Shown: positions 1-10,513, numbered from the stretch's first letter. The stretch: 64,000 nucleotides of DNA from Actinomycetes bacterium (GCA_038246545.1 JBBRVW010000013.1:6183-70182), one strand, 5' to 3'. Numbers and translations: made by a program. Notes: a model not told the origin generated them from the letters alone.

Positions 1-881
1 CGATCGTCGCCGGTGACGCCTACGGCCGGGTCCGCGCCATGCTCGACGAGCACGGCGAGAACCTCGACGTGGCGCTCCCGTCCCGTCCGGTCCAGGTGCT
101 CGGCTTCACCTCCGTGCCCGGCGCCGGCGACAAGTTCCTCGTCGCCGACGAGGACCGCATCGCACGCCAGATCGCCGAGAAGCGTCAGGCGATGCAGCGC
201 AACGCTGCGCTCGCCAAGGCCCGCAAGCGGGTCTCGCTCGAGGACTGGCTGGAGCAGAGCAAGGTCGACACGCTCAACCTCATCCTCAAGGGCGATGGGT
301 CCGGGTCGGTCGAGGCCCTCGAGGACGCCCTGCTCAACATCGAGGTCGGCGACGAGGTCGAGCTGCGCGTCATCGACCGCGGTGTCGGTGCCATCACGCA
401 GAACGACGTCAACCTGGCCGTCGCGTCCGAGGCCGTCATCATCGGCTTCAACGTGCGCCCGGCCGAGCGCGTCAACGACCTCATCGACCGCGAGGGTGTC
501 GACGTCCGCTACTACTCGGTCATCTACCAGGCGATCGACGAGGTCGAGGCTGCGCTCAAGGGCATGCTCAAGCCCGAGTACGAGGAGGCCTCGCTCGGCA
601 CCGCCGAGATCCGCGAGGTGTTCCGGTCCAGCAAGTTCGGCAACATCGCGGGTGCCCTGGTCCGCAGCGGAGAGATCCGCCGCAACGCCAAGGCACGCCT
701 CATCCGCGACGGCGCCGTCGTGGCCGAAAACCTCACCGTCGAGTCGCTCAAGCGGTTCAAGGACGACGCGACCGAGGTCCGCGAAGGTTACGAGTGCGGT
801 ATCGGCCTGGGGTCGTTCAACGACATCAAGGTCGACGATGTGGTCGAGACCTACGAGATGCGCGAGAAGGCCCGCGCGTAG
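1..881 (+). CDS. infB: Translation initiation factor IF-2, C-terminal part (5' end lies outside the window)
   Basis: Frame of ORF 39..881 is open back to the window edge. The C-terminal IF-2 domain sequence is recognisable (...[13 protein letters not shown]..., ...[20 protein letters not shown]...). infB-rbfA-truB synteny. Confidence 0.9.
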   Translation, partial: IVAGDAYGRVRAMLDEHGENLDVALPSRPVQVLGFTSVPGAGDKFLVADEDRIARQIAEKRQAMQRNAALAKARKRVSLEDWLEQSKVDTLNLILKGDGSGSVEALEDALLNIEVGDEVELRVIDRGVGAITQNDVNLAVASEAVIIGFNVRPAERVNDLIDREGVDVRYYSVIYQAIDEVEAALKGMLKPEYEEASLGTAEIREVFRSSKFGNIAGALVRSGEIRRNAKARLIRDGAVVAENLTVESLKRFKDDATEVREGYECGIGLGSFNDIKVDDVVETYEMREKARA

Positions 882-908
882 TCCGGGTCCAGGGACGGAT
901 GTGCTGAG

Positions 909-1229
909 TTGTTCGTGGGCAGCTTGTCCCTGGATCTGCTGCTCGGCGACGTCCGGTCGCTGAAGCAGAAGCGTTCGCTCGTGCGACCCCTGGTCGCCGA
1001 GCTGCGCCGGAAGTACGACGTGAGCGCGGCGGAGGCAGGTCACCTCGACCTGCACCGCCGCGTTCTCGTCGGGGTGGCCGTGGTTGCCGCCGACCGTGCG
1101 CACTGCGTCGACGTCCTCGACGCGTGCGAGCGGTTGGTGGCGTCCCGGCCGGAGATGGACCTCCTGTCGGCCCGGCGGCACCTGTTCAACGGAACCGACG
1201 ACGAGTCATCGATCGAGGGAGACGAGTAG
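909..1229 (+). CDS. DUF503 (YlxP-like) small protein
   Basis: 106-aa ORF between infB and rbfA, the usual position of the DUF503 gene. TTG start at 909, TAG at 1227-1229. Confidence 0.65.
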   Translation: MFVGSLSLDLLLGDVRSLKQKRSLVRPLVAELRRKYDVSAAEAGHLDLHRRVLVGVAVVAADRAHCVDVLDACERLVASRPEMDLLSARRHLFNGTDDESSIEGDE

Positions 1230-1231
1230 CC

Positions 1232-1714
1232 GTGGTGGACGTCGCGCGGGCGCGCAAGCTGGCCGACCGCATCAAGGTCGTGGTCGCCGAGACGCTGGAG
1301 ATGCGGGTCAAGGACCCACGGCTCGGCTTCATCACCATCACCGACGTGCGGATGACCGGTGACCTCCAGCAGGCCACCGTCTTCTACACCGTGATGGGCG
1401 ATGACGCCGAGCAGGCCGGCACCGCCGCGGCGCTGGAGAGCGCCAAGGGCGTCCTGCGTTCCGAGGTCGGCAAGCAGACAGGTGTCCGGCACACCCCGTC
1501 GCTGACGTTCGTCGCCGACGCCGTGCCCGAGAACGCCGCGCACATCGAGGACCTGCTCGCGAAGGTCGCGGCCGCGGACGCCGAGGTGCACCGCGCGGCC
1601 GCCGGTGCGACGTACGCCGGCGACGCCGACCCCTACAAGGCGCCACGCGTCGAGGACGACGAGGACGACGCCGAGGGCGACGGCGCAGCCCTGAAGGACG
1701 ACGGGACCGTGTGA
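1232..1714 (+). CDS. rbfA: Ribosome-binding factor A
   Basis: RbfA-like sequence (...[42 protein letters not shown]...). GTG at 1232 is in frame with ORF 1124..1714, directly after the DUF503 stop. Confidence 0.85.
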   Translation: MVDVARARKLADRIKVVVAETLEMRVKDPRLGFITITDVRMTGDLQQATVFYTVMGDDAEQAGTAAALESAKGVLRSEVGKQTGVRHTPSLTFVADAVPENAAHIEDLLAKVAAADAEVHRAAAGATYAGDADPYKAPRVEDDEDDAEGDGAALKDDGTV

Positions 1715-2577
1715 GCGGTGACTGCCTGGTCGTCGTCGACAAGCCGGGCGGCCTCACCTCGCACGATGTCGTGGCCCGGGTGCGGCGGCTCGCGGACACC
1801 CGGCGCGTCGGCCACGCCGGCACCCTCGACCCGATGGCCACCGGCGTGCTCGTCCTCGGCGTCAACCGTGCGACCCGGCTGCTCGGGCACCTGACGCTCA
1901 CCGAGAAGGCGTACGACGCCACCATCCGGCTCGGTGCCACGACGGTCACCGACGACGCCGAGGGTGACGTCGTGACCACTGCCGACGCGAGCGGGGTAGC
2001 CGAGGCCGCCGTCGCGGCAGGTGTCGCCGCACTGACCGGTCAGATCGCGCAGGTTCCCTCCGCGGTCAGTGCGGTGAAGATCGACGGCAAGCGCGCGTAC
2101 AAGCGGGTGCGCGAGGGAGAAAACGTCGTCCTGCCGTCGCGACCGATCACGGTGCGCACGTTCGAGGTGCTGGGCATCCGGCGCGGTGCCGGCTACCTGG
2201 ACCTCGACGTGCGGGTGGAGTGCTCCAGCGGCACCTACGTCCGGGCGCTGGCCCGCGACCTGGGCGCCGGCCTCGGCGTCGGGGGACACCTCACCGCGTT
2301 GCGCAGGACCCGGGTCGGCCCCTACGCCCTCGACGTGGCGCACACCCTCGAGCAGCTCGCCGACGACCTCGTCGTGCTGCCCATCGCCGATGCCGCGCGG
2401 GCTGCCTTTCCGGCTCGCGAGCTGGACGCCGACGCCGCCGGTGTCATCTCGCACGGCGGTCCGCTGCCGGCGGGCGGCACACGCGGACCGGTGGCCGTCT
2501 TCGGTCCCGACGGGACCTTCCTCGCCCTCGTCGAGGACCACGGCGCGACCACCAAGGCACTCGCCGTCTTCGTCTGA
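1711..2577 (+). CDS. truB: tRNA pseudouridine(55) synthase TruB
   Basis: TruB motifs ([24 protein letters not shown]). Overlaps the rbfA stop (ATGA-type coupling). Confidence 0.9.
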   Translation: MSGDCLVVVDKPGGLTSHDVVARVRRLADTRRVGHAGTLDPMATGVLVLGVNRATRLLGHLTLTEKAYDATIRLGATTVTDDAEGDVVTTADASGVAEAAVAAGVAALTGQIAQVPSAVSAVKIDGKRAYKRVREGENVVLPSRPITVRTFEVLGIRRGAGYLDLDVRVECSSGTYVRALARDLGAGLGVGGHLTALRRTRVGPYALDVAHTLEQLADDLVVLPIADAARAAFPARELDADAAGVISHGGPLPAGGTRGPVAVFGPDGTFLALVEDHGATTKALAVFV

Positions 2578-2615
2578 GGTCGGTTGGACCGCAGTGGCCG
2601 GGGCAGGCAGGTCCC

Positions 2616-3143
2616 ATGGCAGACGACGCACCCGACATCGGCACCGCGGACATCACCGCGCTGATCCTCGACGACCACGAGTGGTTCCGGCGGCAGTTCG
2701 CGGCGCTCGACGACGCGCGCACCCCCGAGGAGCTGTCCGCCGTCTGGGAGCCGCTCGCGACCCGGCTGGACACCCACGCCGACGCCGAAGAGCAGATCTT
2801 CTACCCCCGGCTGCTGCTGCAGGGCGAGGACGACCCGAAGGACGAGACCGAGGACGCGGTGCACGACCACAACGAGATCCGCGAGGCCGTCGAGAAGGCC
2901 CGGGCCGCGAAGGTCGGGTCGGATGACTGGTACGCCGCCGTGGACAAGGCCCGGGAGGAGAACAGCGAGCACCTCGCGGAGGAGGAGGACGGGCCGCTCC
3001 GGGACTTCCGCAAGAACGCCACCCGCGAGCAGCGCGCCGAGCTGGCCCAGCAGTGGATCGCGTTCTACGCCGCGCACCCCGCCGGCCGCGGGGTCGACAC
3101 CACCCCGAAGGACCCGGCGCAGTATATCGAGGACAACTCGTGA
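2616..3143 (+). CDS. Hemerythrin HHE cation-binding domain protein
   Basis: ATG at 2616 in frame with ORF 2220..3143. Spaced H/E motifs (DHEWF, HADAEEQIFYP, HDHNEIREAVE). Acidic, non-shadow composition. Confidence 0.65.
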   Translation: MADDAPDIGTADITALILDDHEWFRRQFAALDDARTPEELSAVWEPLATRLDTHADAEEQIFYPRLLLQGEDDPKDETEDAVHDHNEIREAVEKARAAKVGSDDWYAAVDKAREENSEHLAEEEDGPLRDFRKNATREQRAELAQQWIAFYAAHPAGRGVDTTPKDPAQYIEDNS

Positions 3144-3164
3144 GGCGGGCGTGGCGGTGAGCCG

Positions 3165-4625
3165 TCAGGCGTCGAGGTGGCGCAGGTGCGGCCAGGCCGC
3201 GGCCCAGCCGCCGGCCGGCCCGTTGCACACCCAGACGCCGTTGCCGTCCTCCTCGTTGCCGACCCCGGTGCGCAGCGTCGCAGCCCGCCGGCAGCCCTCC
3301 AGCTGGTCGGCCGCGGGGGCGGCGAAACCGACCCAGACGACCGGCCCGGCCGAGCTCGGCGGCCCCCAGTCACCGAATCCGTTGTGGCCGCTGAAGGCCG
3401 GGGGAGTGTCGCCGTACCACTCCAGGGCGCCGGCCTCGCCGTAGTTCTGCGCGACCACCACGGCGGTCCGCCGGTCGTTCGCGGGCAGCGTGTCCACCAC
3501 CTCGCGGACCTGCGACACGACACCCGGCCAGCCGACCGTCTCGAGCTGGTCCTCGTTGATGGCCGGCCAGAACGAGTCGGCCAGCGTCCGGGCCGGGAGC
3601 ACGGGGAGCAGGGCGGGCAGCGGGAACAGCGCGGTGGCGACCACCCAGACGCCGAACCGCCGCAGCCGACCGGCCGACCACTGCTCGGCCGCGACCACGG
3701 ATCCGGCAGCTGCGAGCGGTGGCAGCAGCCCGAGCAGGTAGTAGTTCTTGCCGCCCGTGACGGCGAACACCACGAGCAGCAGCAGGTAGGCGACAGGCAC
3801 CGGCCGGAAGAACGCCCACTCGGGCCTCCGGAGCGCCGCCCGGCCGCCCATCACGGCCAGCACGAAGCCGAGCGGGTTGATCATCACGGTCTGGAGGAGG
3901 ACCAGCTCCGCGAGGCCACCCGGAGTGCCGAACTCGGCGCGGATGTCCCCGGCGAGCTCGATCTGCGGCCAGCCGTGCTGCGCCTGCCAGACCAGGTTCG
4001 GGAGCCACAGCGCAAGGGCGATCAGCGCCCCGCCCCAGGCCCACGGCGACCGGAGGTGATGGCGTGCCGAAGGGGTCACGACGATGCCGGCCACCAGCCC
4101 GAACGCGAGGAACCCCACGAGGTTCTTGTTCTCCAGCCCGACGCCGAGCGCCGCACCGACCACCAGCCAGAGCCGCTGGCGGTCGCGCTGGAGGACTGCC
4201 ACGACCAGCCGCACCACCAGCGTCCAGACGAGCAGGTCGAGCGTCGCCGTGGAGAGCAGGTGGCCGATCGCGAGCAGCCCCGCACCGGTCGCCGTCGCGA
4301 CCGCGGCGAGCACCTGCGCCCCTCGCCCGCCGCTCAGGGTGCGCGCCAGGTCGGCCGTCACCAGGACCACGACGCCGACGACCAGTGCCGGCACCAGCCG
4401 CAGGGCGACCAGTGAGCCCGGCGCGACCGCGTCGGCGGCGGCCGCGACCAGCGGCGTCAGCGGCGGCTGGTCCGGGTAGCCCCACTGCGGGTGCCGGCCG
4501 GCGACGACGAAGTAGAGCTCGTCCCGGTGCGGCCCGTACCTGCCGGACAGCGCGACCAGGACGAGAGTGACCCCGGCTGCCGCGACGTATGCCGACGGCG
4601 GCAGGCTTCGTCGTCTCGGCACCAC
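3165..4625 (-). CDS. Glycosyltransferase family 39 (PMT/ArnT-like) integral membrane protein
   Basis: Multi-TM ORF with a GT39-like N-terminal motif (ELYFVVAGRHPQWGYPDQPPL). GTG starts at 4625/4622, chosen to avoid overlap with the kynureninase gene. Confidence 0.6.
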   Translation of the reverse strand: MVPRRRSLPPSAYVAAAGVTLVLVALSGRYGPHRDELYFVVAGRHPQWGYPDQPPLTPLVAAAADAVAPGSLVALRLVPALVVGVVVLVTADLARTLSGGRGAQVLAAVATATGAGLLAIGHLLSTATLDLLVWTLVVRLVVAVLQRDRQRLWLVVGAALGVGLENKNLVGFLAFGLVAGIVVTPSARHHLRSPWAWGGALIALALWLPNLVWQAQHGWPQIELAGDIRAEFGTPGGLAELVLLQTVMINPLGFVLAVMGGRAALRRPEWAFFRPVPVAYLLLLVVFAVTGGKNYYLLGLLPPLAAAGSVVAAEQWSAGRLRRFGVWVVATALFPLPALLPVLPARTLADSFWPAINEDQLETVGWPGVVSQVREVVDTLPANDRRTAVVVAQNYGEAGALEWYGDTPPAFSGHNGFGDWGPPSSAGPVVWVGFAAPAADQLEGCRRAATLRTGVGNEEDGNGVWVCNGPAGGWAAAWPHLRHLDA

Positions 4626-4688
4626 CGAACAGGACCCCTCCGCCACGACGACATCATGGCCTTCCGGGCGGCTGCGTAGGGTGCGGCC

Positions 4689-5927
4689 GTGGACCTCGTC
4701 ACCGCCCGCACCCTCGCCGCTGACCTCGACGAGGCGGACCCGCTGCGCACTGTGCGCGACCGCTTCGTCCTGCCCGAGGGAGTCGTCTACCTCGACGGCA
4801 ACTCGCTGGGCGCCCTCCCCGCGGGGGTCCAGGAGGTGGTCCGCGACGTCGTTGAGCGCCAGTGGGGCCGAGACCTCATCACGTCCTGGAACGTCCACGA
4901 CTGGTGGGCGGCCCCGCGCCGCGTCGGTGCCCGGCTGGCCCGGCTGGTGGGCGCGCAGGACGACGAGGTCATCGTGGCCGACTCGACGTCGGCCAACCTG
5001 TTCAAGGTGCTGGTGGCGGCCGCTCGGCTGCGCCCGGGCCGCGACACCCTCGTCGTGGAGCCCGGCAACTTCCCGGCCGACCTCTACGTGGCCGAGTCGG
5101 TCAGCGAGCTGCTGGGCCTGCGGCTGCTGCGCGTCGAGCCGACCGAGGTCGCCACCGCGCTCGGCGAGGACCTGGCCGCGGTCTGCTTCTCACACGTCGA
5201 CTACCGGACCGGCCGGGCCCACGACATGGCCGGTGTGACCGCCGCCGTGCACGCCGCCGGCGCGCTCGCCGTCTGGGACCTGTCGCACTCGGCCGGCGCC
5301 CTGTCCGTCGACCTCGGGGGTTGCGGCGTCGACCTCGCAGTGGGCTGCGGCTACAAGTACCTCAACGGCGGCCCCGGCGCTCCGGCGTACGTCTACGTCG
5401 CCCGCCGGCACCAGGCGGACGTGCGGTCACCGCTCACGGGGTGGACCGGCCATGCCCGCCCGTTCGCGATGGAGGACAGCTACCAGCCGGCCCCGGGCAT
5501 CGACCGGATGCGCAACGGGACGCCACCGATGCTCTCGCTGCTGGCGCTGGAGGCTGCGCTGAGCGCGTTCGACGGGTTGGAGATGACCGACGTCCGGGCA
5601 AAGAGCCTGTCACTCACGTCGCTGTTCCTCGACCTCGCCGACGAGGTGCTCGCGCCGCTGGGCTTCCAGACCGTGACGCCGCGCGACCCGGACGAGCGGG
5701 GCAGCCAGGTGTCGCTGCGGCACGAGTCCGCGTACGGCGTGGTGCAGGCGCTCGTGGCGCGCGGTGTGGTCGGCGACTACCGCGAGCCGGACCTCGTGCG
5801 GCTCGGTTTCGCGCCGCTCTACGTGCGACACCTCGACGTCGTGCGCGCGGTGGAGGCGACGGCGGCGGCCGTCGCTGCGGGCGAGCACCTCGACGCCCGC
5901 TGGAGCCGTCGCGAGGCGGTCACCTGA
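4689..5927 (+). CDS. kynU: Kynureninase
   Basis: 412-aa protein with kynureninase-family similarity throughout (PLP-dependent fold, ...VVYLDGNSLGALP..., ...CGYKYLNGGPGAPAYVYV...). Confidence 0.8.
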   Translation: MDLVTARTLAADLDEADPLRTVRDRFVLPEGVVYLDGNSLGALPAGVQEVVRDVVERQWGRDLITSWNVHDWWAAPRRVGARLARLVGAQDDEVIVADSTSANLFKVLVAAARLRPGRDTLVVEPGNFPADLYVAESVSELLGLRLLRVEPTEVATALGEDLAAVCFSHVDYRTGRAHDMAGVTAAVHAAGALAVWDLSHSAGALSVDLGGCGVDLAVGCGYKYLNGGPGAPAYVYVARRHQADVRSPLTGWTGHARPFAMEDSYQPAPGIDRMRNGTPPMLSLLALEAALSAFDGLEMTDVRAKSLSLTSLFLDLADEVLAPLGFQTVTPRDPDERGSQVSLRHESAYGVVQALVARGVVGDYREPDLVRLGFAPLYVRHLDVVRAVEATAAAVAAGEHLDARWSRREAVT

Positions 5928-6669
5928 CGGCCCTGCGCAGGCTCGCGAACCCGACGCCACGCCACCGGCTCGGCGGCTTCTCGTACGGCGCGTAGGCGAA
6001 GATCCGCTCCCAGCCGTGCCTCGCCAGCCTGGTACGCGGGCCGAACCGGCCCCACGCGACCCCCTCGCCGACCGCGCGGTGCCGGAGGTCGACGAAGGTC
6101 CAGGCGCTGCCGAGCGGACCGGCGAAGTCGCGCAGCGCCTGGTCGCCGTCGGCCATGGCGGCCCGGAAGGACAGTGCGCCCGGCCGGCTGCCCCACACGT
6201 CGTGCAGCCGGTCCTCGCGGACGTCGGCCACCAGCGACGTGTGCGGCGGCTCGTGCGTCCGCAGCGCCTCGTCGAGGAACGTGGCGAGGTCCGGGGCCTG
6301 GTACAGCAGCACGGGAGCGTCGCGGCAGAAGAAGAAGACCGGGGCGACCTCGGTCGTGTCCGGCGTGAGGTCCAGCAGCCAGAAGTTGCCGGCGCCGTCG
6401 GCCGCCACCGGGTGACCGGCCGGCAGCAGCTCCGGCAGCTCGACGTCGTGGGAGCCCCCGGTGAGGTCGAGGTCGAGCAGCCCGTCGACCCCGCCCGTCA
6501 CCCGCAGGAGCCGCACCAGCTCGGCCGGCAGCGGCACCGGGTACCCGGCCTGCACCGCGGCGATGCCGGCATCGTCGACACCCGGTCGCAGGGCCAGCAC
6601 GACGGGGTCCCCGGCTTCGTCCGCGAGGCCCCCCGCTACCGCCGAGCGCAGCCGCTCCACCACGTCCAT
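5920..6669 (-). CDS. SMI1/KNR4 (SUKH-1 superfamily) protein
   Basis: 249-aa C-terminal segment of ORF 5920..7527, starting at ATG 6669..6667. SUKH-like features (...GAGNFWLLDLTPD..APVFFFCRD...). Confidence 0.6.
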   Translation of the reverse strand: MDVVERLRSAVAGGLADEAGDPVVLALRPGVDDAGIAAVQAGYPVPLPAELVRLLRVTGGVDGLLDLDLTGGSHDVELPELLPAGHPVAADGAGNFWLLDLTPDTTEVAPVFFFCRDAPVLLYQAPDLATFLDEALRTHEPPHTSLVADVREDRLHDVWGSRPGALSFRAAMADGDQALRDFAGPLGSAWTFVDLRHRAVGEGVAWGRFGPRTRLARHGWERIFAYAPYEKPPSRWRGVGFASLRRAVR

Positions 6670-6705
6670 GCGTCCACGGTAGGCGGGCGCCTCTACCCTG
6701 GCCGC

Positions 6706-7653
6706 GTGCTGGTGTGGCGAGGTCTCGACGAGGTCGGTGGCGACAGTGGTGACGCCGCGCACGCGGTCGTCACGATCGGCAACTTCGACGGCGTCCACCT
6801 CGGGCACCGGCACCTGCTCGCCGGAGTCGTGGCACGGGCGGCCGAGACCGGCGCGCGATCGGTGGTCACGACGTTCGACCCGCACCCGATGACCGTGATC
6901 CACCCGGAGTCGGCACCGCCGCGGCTCGCGACGATGGAGCACCGGCTCTCGCTGCTGGCCCAGTGCGGCGTCGACGCGACGCTGGTGCTGCCCTTCACCG
7001 CCGAGCTCTCCCGGTGGGAGCCCGAGGAGTTCGTGCAGCGGGTGCTCGTCGACGGCCTGCGCGCCAGCGAGGTGCACGTCGGCGAGAACTTCCGGTTCGG
7101 ACACCGAGCCGCGGGCGACGTGACGACCCTGCGGGCCGAGGGGGTCCGGGGCGGCTTCGACGTCGTGGCGCTGCCCCTGGCAGGTGACACGACCCGGTGG
7201 TCCTCGACGTACGTGCGGCAGTGCCTGGCCGAGGGTGACGTGGCGAGTGCGGCCGCCGCGCTGGGCCGGCTGCACCGGGTCGAGGGACCGGTGGTCGAGG
7301 GCGACAAGCGCGGTCGCGAGATGGGCTACCCGACCGCGAACCTCGACCTGCCCCCGGGCGCCGCCGTCCCCGCCGACGGCGTGTACGCCGGCTGGCTGAC
7401 TCGCGCCGACGGCACCCGGCTGCCGGCGGCCATCTCGATCGGCACCAACCCGACGTTCGACGGCACCGCGCGCCGGGTCGAGGCCTACGTCCTGGACCGG
7501 GACGACCTGGAGCTCTACGGCGAGCACGTCTGCGTCGACTTCCTGGCGCGGCTGCGCGAGACGGTGAAGTTCGACGGTGTCGGGCCGCTTCTCGTCCAGA
7601 TGGCCGACGACGTGGCCCGGTCCCGCGAGCTGACCCGGTCACCCCTTCCATGA
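6706..7653 (+). CDS. ribF: Bifunctional riboflavin kinase / FMN adenylyltransferase
   Basis: GTG 6706 in frame with ORF 5764..7653. RibF motifs (VVTIGNFDGVHLGH, ...PTANL...). Confidence 0.9.
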   Translation: MLVWRGLDEVGGDSGDAAHAVVTIGNFDGVHLGHRHLLAGVVARAAETGARSVVTTFDPHPMTVIHPESAPPRLATMEHRLSLLAQCGVDATLVLPFTAELSRWEPEEFVQRVLVDGLRASEVHVGENFRFGHRAAGDVTTLRAEGVRGGFDVVALPLAGDTTRWSSTYVRQCLAEGDVASAAAALGRLHRVEGPVVEGDKRGREMGYPTANLDLPPGAAVPADGVYAGWLTRADGTRLPAAISIGTNPTFDGTARRVEAYVLDRDDLELYGEHVCVDFLARLRETVKFDGVGPLLVQMADDVARSRELTRSPLP

Positions 7654-8831
7654 CGGCCGAGGAGCACACCCGTGCCGCCGATGCCGCCGAGGCCACCCGT
7701 GCCACCGAGGACTGGTTCCTCGGCCACGGGCTGCCGTTCTTCGTCGAGGGCCGCCGGATCACCGTCGACGACCTGACCCGCGGCCGCTCGGTCGCAGTCC
7801 TCGCGACGGCGTACGCCGGGTCGTTGCTGGTCGCGGCGCCGCCGGACCGCTCGTGGCCGGCCCGCCTGGGGCTGGCCGCGGTGGGGCTGCTCGCGCTGGT
7901 GGCCGTGTGGGCGTTGGCCAACCTCGCCCGCCGGCAGCGCGCCCTCGAGCGGCCCCGTCGGGTGGGGGTCGTCGAAGTGACCCTGTTCGCCCTCGGCCCG
8001 GCCACGCTGGTGGCCGTGCTGCGCCAGGACGCCGGCCTCACCTTGACCGTGCTCCTGGCCGACCTGACCGTCCTCGTCGTGGTCGCCGCTGCCGAGGTCC
8101 TCGACGTGACGCCGATCGCGCGCTGGGCCCTGGTCCGGACCTTCTCCGAGCTGGGCTCGCTGCTGCGCCTGGTCACCAGAGCGTTGCCGATGCTGCTGCT
8201 GTTCATGACCTTCCTGTTCATCAACACCGAGGTGTGGCAGGTGTCCTCGGCCCTGTCCCGGCCGGTGCTCTGGCTCGCAGTGGCCTTCTTCGGCCTGCTC
8301 GGGCTCAGCTTCCTGCTGACCCGGTTGCCCGAGGAGGTGGCGGCGGTCAACGACGACCTCGACCCGGCGGTCGTGCGTCGTGCTGTCCGGGGGACGCCGC
8401 TGGAGCCGCACCTCGACGACCTCGGGGACGTGCGTGCCGAGCCGCTGGACCGGCGGCAACGGACCAACCTGCTCCTCGTGCTGCTGATCACCCAGGCCGC
8501 CCAGGTGCTCGTCCTCTCCGTCGCGGTCTGGGCTTTCTTCCTCGTCTTCGGCCGGGTCGCCATCGACGACAGCGTCGTGAGCAGCTGGGTCGGCAACGGA
8601 GCGCCACACTTCCCGCGGCTGCTCGGCGACCTCGGCTTCTCCCGGGAGCTGCTGCAGGTCTCGATCTTCCTGGCCGCCTTCTCCGGTCTCTACTTCACCG
8701 TGTACGCCGTCACCGACGCCACCTACCGCGAGCAGTTCTTCCACGAGATCACCCACGAGCTCGAGCGGGCGGTCGGTGTGCGGGCGGCGTACCTGGCCCT
8801 GCGCCGCGGCGGCGGTGCACGCGTTCCGTAG
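7650..8831 (+). CDS. Hypothetical polytopic membrane protein
   Basis: 393-aa ORF with multiple hydrophobic helices. Overlaps the ribF stop (ATGA). No family recognised. Confidence 0.5.
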   Translation: MTAEEHTRAADAAEATRATEDWFLGHGLPFFVEGRRITVDDLTRGRSVAVLATAYAGSLLVAAPPDRSWPARLGLAAVGLLALVAVWALANLARRQRALERPRRVGVVEVTLFALGPATLVAVLRQDAGLTLTVLLADLTVLVVVAAAEVLDVTPIARWALVRTFSELGSLLRLVTRALPMLLLFMTFLFINTEVWQVSSALSRPVLWLAVAFFGLLGLSFLLTRLPEEVAAVNDDLDPAVVRRAVRGTPLEPHLDDLGDVRAEPLDRRQRTNLLLVLLITQAAQVLVLSVAVWAFFLVFGRVAIDDSVVSSWVGNGAPHFPRLLGDLGFSRELLQVSIFLAAFSGLYFTVYAVTDATYREQFFHEITHELERAVGVRAAYLALRRGGGARVP

Positions 8832-8840
8832 GGTCGGCCC

Positions 8841-9863
8841 ATGGAGTACCGCACCCTCGGCAGCAGCGGCACCGTCGTGTCGACCCTCGCGCTCGGCACC
8901 ATGACCTTCGGCCAGGAGACCGACGAGGAGGGCAGCCACGAGCAGCTCGACGTCTTCCTCGAGGCCGGCGGCACGCTGGTCGACACGGCTGACGTGTACA
9001 CCGCCGGTGCCAGCGAGGAGATCGTCGGCCGATGGCTCGACGACCGCCCGTCCGACGTCACCGACCGGGTGGTGCTCGCGACCAAGGCGCGGTTCCCGAT
9101 GGGCGAGGACCGCAACGACGTCGGCCTGTCGCGCCGGCACCTGGGCCGCGCACTGGACGCCTCGCTGCGCCGGCTCCGGGTCGACTGCGTCGACCTGTAC
9201 CAGGTCCACGCGTGGGACCCGCTGACCCCGGTGGAGGAGACTCTCGGCTTCTTCGACGATGCGGTCCGCGCCGGCAAGGTCCGTTACGCCGGGTTGTCCA
9301 ACTACGCCGGCTGGCAGGTGCAGAAGGCCGTCGACGTCGCCGAGCACGGGCACCTCCCGCGGCCGGTCACCCTCCAGCCGCAGTACAACCTGCTGGCCCG
9401 CGAGATCGAGTGGGAGATCGTCCCCGCCTGCCTCGCGAACGGCCTCGGCCTGCTGCCCTGGTCGCCGCTCGGAGGCGGCTGGCTCACCGGGAAGTACACC
9501 CGAGACCAGCGCCCCACCGGCGCCACCCGTCTCGGCGAGGACCCGGCCCGTGGCGTGGAGGCCTACGACAAGCGGTCCGCGAGCGAGCGCACCTGGGCCG
9601 TCGTCGACGCCCTCCAGGGCGCCGCGGACTCGACAGGCGCCTCGATGGCCGCCGTCGCGCTGTCCTGGCTGCACGACCGGCCGGCTGTCTCGTCGGTGAT
9701 CCTGGGGGCGCGGACCACCGAGCAGCTCACGGCCAACCTGGCCGCGGCCGGCCTGCACCTGGACGCCGCCGCCACCGGGGCCCTGGACGCTGCCAGCGAC
9801 CCGGCCCCGGCCGACTACCCCTACGGCTCCGCCGGCCTCGAGCAGCGCACGCGCACGCTGTAG
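8841..9863 (+). CDS. Aldo/keto reductase
   Basis: AKR-family sequence (...LGTMTFG..., ...GLSNY..., NAD(P)-binding C-terminal motifs). Confidence 0.85.
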   Translation: MEYRTLGSSGTVVSTLALGTMTFGQETDEEGSHEQLDVFLEAGGTLVDTADVYTAGASEEIVGRWLDDRPSDVTDRVVLATKARFPMGEDRNDVGLSRRHLGRALDASLRRLRVDCVDLYQVHAWDPLTPVEETLGFFDDAVRAGKVRYAGLSNYAGWQVQKAVDVAEHGHLPRPVTLQPQYNLLAREIEWEIVPACLANGLGLLPWSPLGGGWLTGKYTRDQRPTGATRLGEDPARGVEAYDKRSASERTWAVVDALQGAADSTGASMAAVALSWLHDRPAVSSVILGARTTEQLTANLAAAGLHLDAAATGALDAASDPAPADYPYGSAGLEQRTRTL

Positions 9864-9865
9864 CC

Positions 9866-9920
9866 CGTGATCCACAGCGGATCCGTTGGAGAAGATCCAG
9901 CGGATCCGCTGTGGATCACG
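9866..9920 (+). terminator. Perfect 20-bp inverted repeat (CGTGATCCACAGCGGATCCG / CGGATCCGCTGTGGATCACG) with a 15-nt loop, 3 nt after the AKR stop
   Basis: Read directly: arms 9866-9885 and 9901-9920 are exact reverse complements. No U-tract follows, which is common in high-GC actinobacteria. Confidence 0.45.
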
Positions 9921-10072
9921 GAATCCTGCCCCACATGCCCCACCTGCGCCGATTCGGCCGGGGCGACTCTCGGCTGGTAGCCTCGGACACTGCCGTTCAC
10001 GCGGCGTGGGTTCCTCATGTCTGCCCGTGAATCAGACCAGGCAGCGCTCACCATCACCACGCAGGGAGAGTT

Positions 10073-10342
10073 GTGTCGCTCGACACCGCCACCAAGAAGC
10101 AGATCATCGAAGAGCACGGCAGCTCCGGCACCGACACCGGTACCCCGGAGGTCCAGGTCGCGATGCTCTCGCGCCGCATCTCTGACCTGACCCAGCACCT
10201 CAAGGAGCACAAGCACGACCACCACTCGCGTCGTGGCCTGCTCCTGCTCGTCGGCCGGCGCCGCCGGCTGCTGAACTACCTGGCCAAGACCGACATCAAC
10301 CGCTACCGCGCCTTGATCGAGAAGCTCGGCCTGCGCCGCTAG
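10073..10342 (+). CDS. rpsO: 30S ribosomal protein S15
   Basis: 89 aa, S15 sequence (...[15 protein letters not shown]...). Confidence 0.95.
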   Translation: MSLDTATKKQIIEEHGSSGTDTGTPEVQVAMLSRRISDLTQHLKEHKHDHHSRRGLLLLVGRRRRLLNYLAKTDINRYRALIEKLGLRR

Positions 10343-10513
10343 CACCCCTCGGAGGAGCGGCTCGCCCCGGCGTCTGGTCCTCGGTTGTGGCCGGCGGACC
10401 TGACGGTCGTCGCGGCGAGAGCCGCCCTCCCCGTCCCGCAGGCTTCCATCGAAGACCGGCTGGCATTCCGGGCGACCTGCTCCTCACCTTTGAAGGAACA
10501 GGAGACCCATCGC

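Noticed and set aside
1338-2631. Long minus-strand ORFs (1338..1979, 1633..2631) overlapping rbfA/truB
   Set aside because: Arg/Pro/Gly-rich shadow ORFs, typical of 70% GC DNA, antisense to genes with clear homology.
6995-9875. 533-aa and 786-aa minus-strand ORFs across ribF, the membrane protein and AKR
   Set aside because: Low-complexity Arg/Pro/Gly composition with no domain features. The plus-strand genes are well supported.
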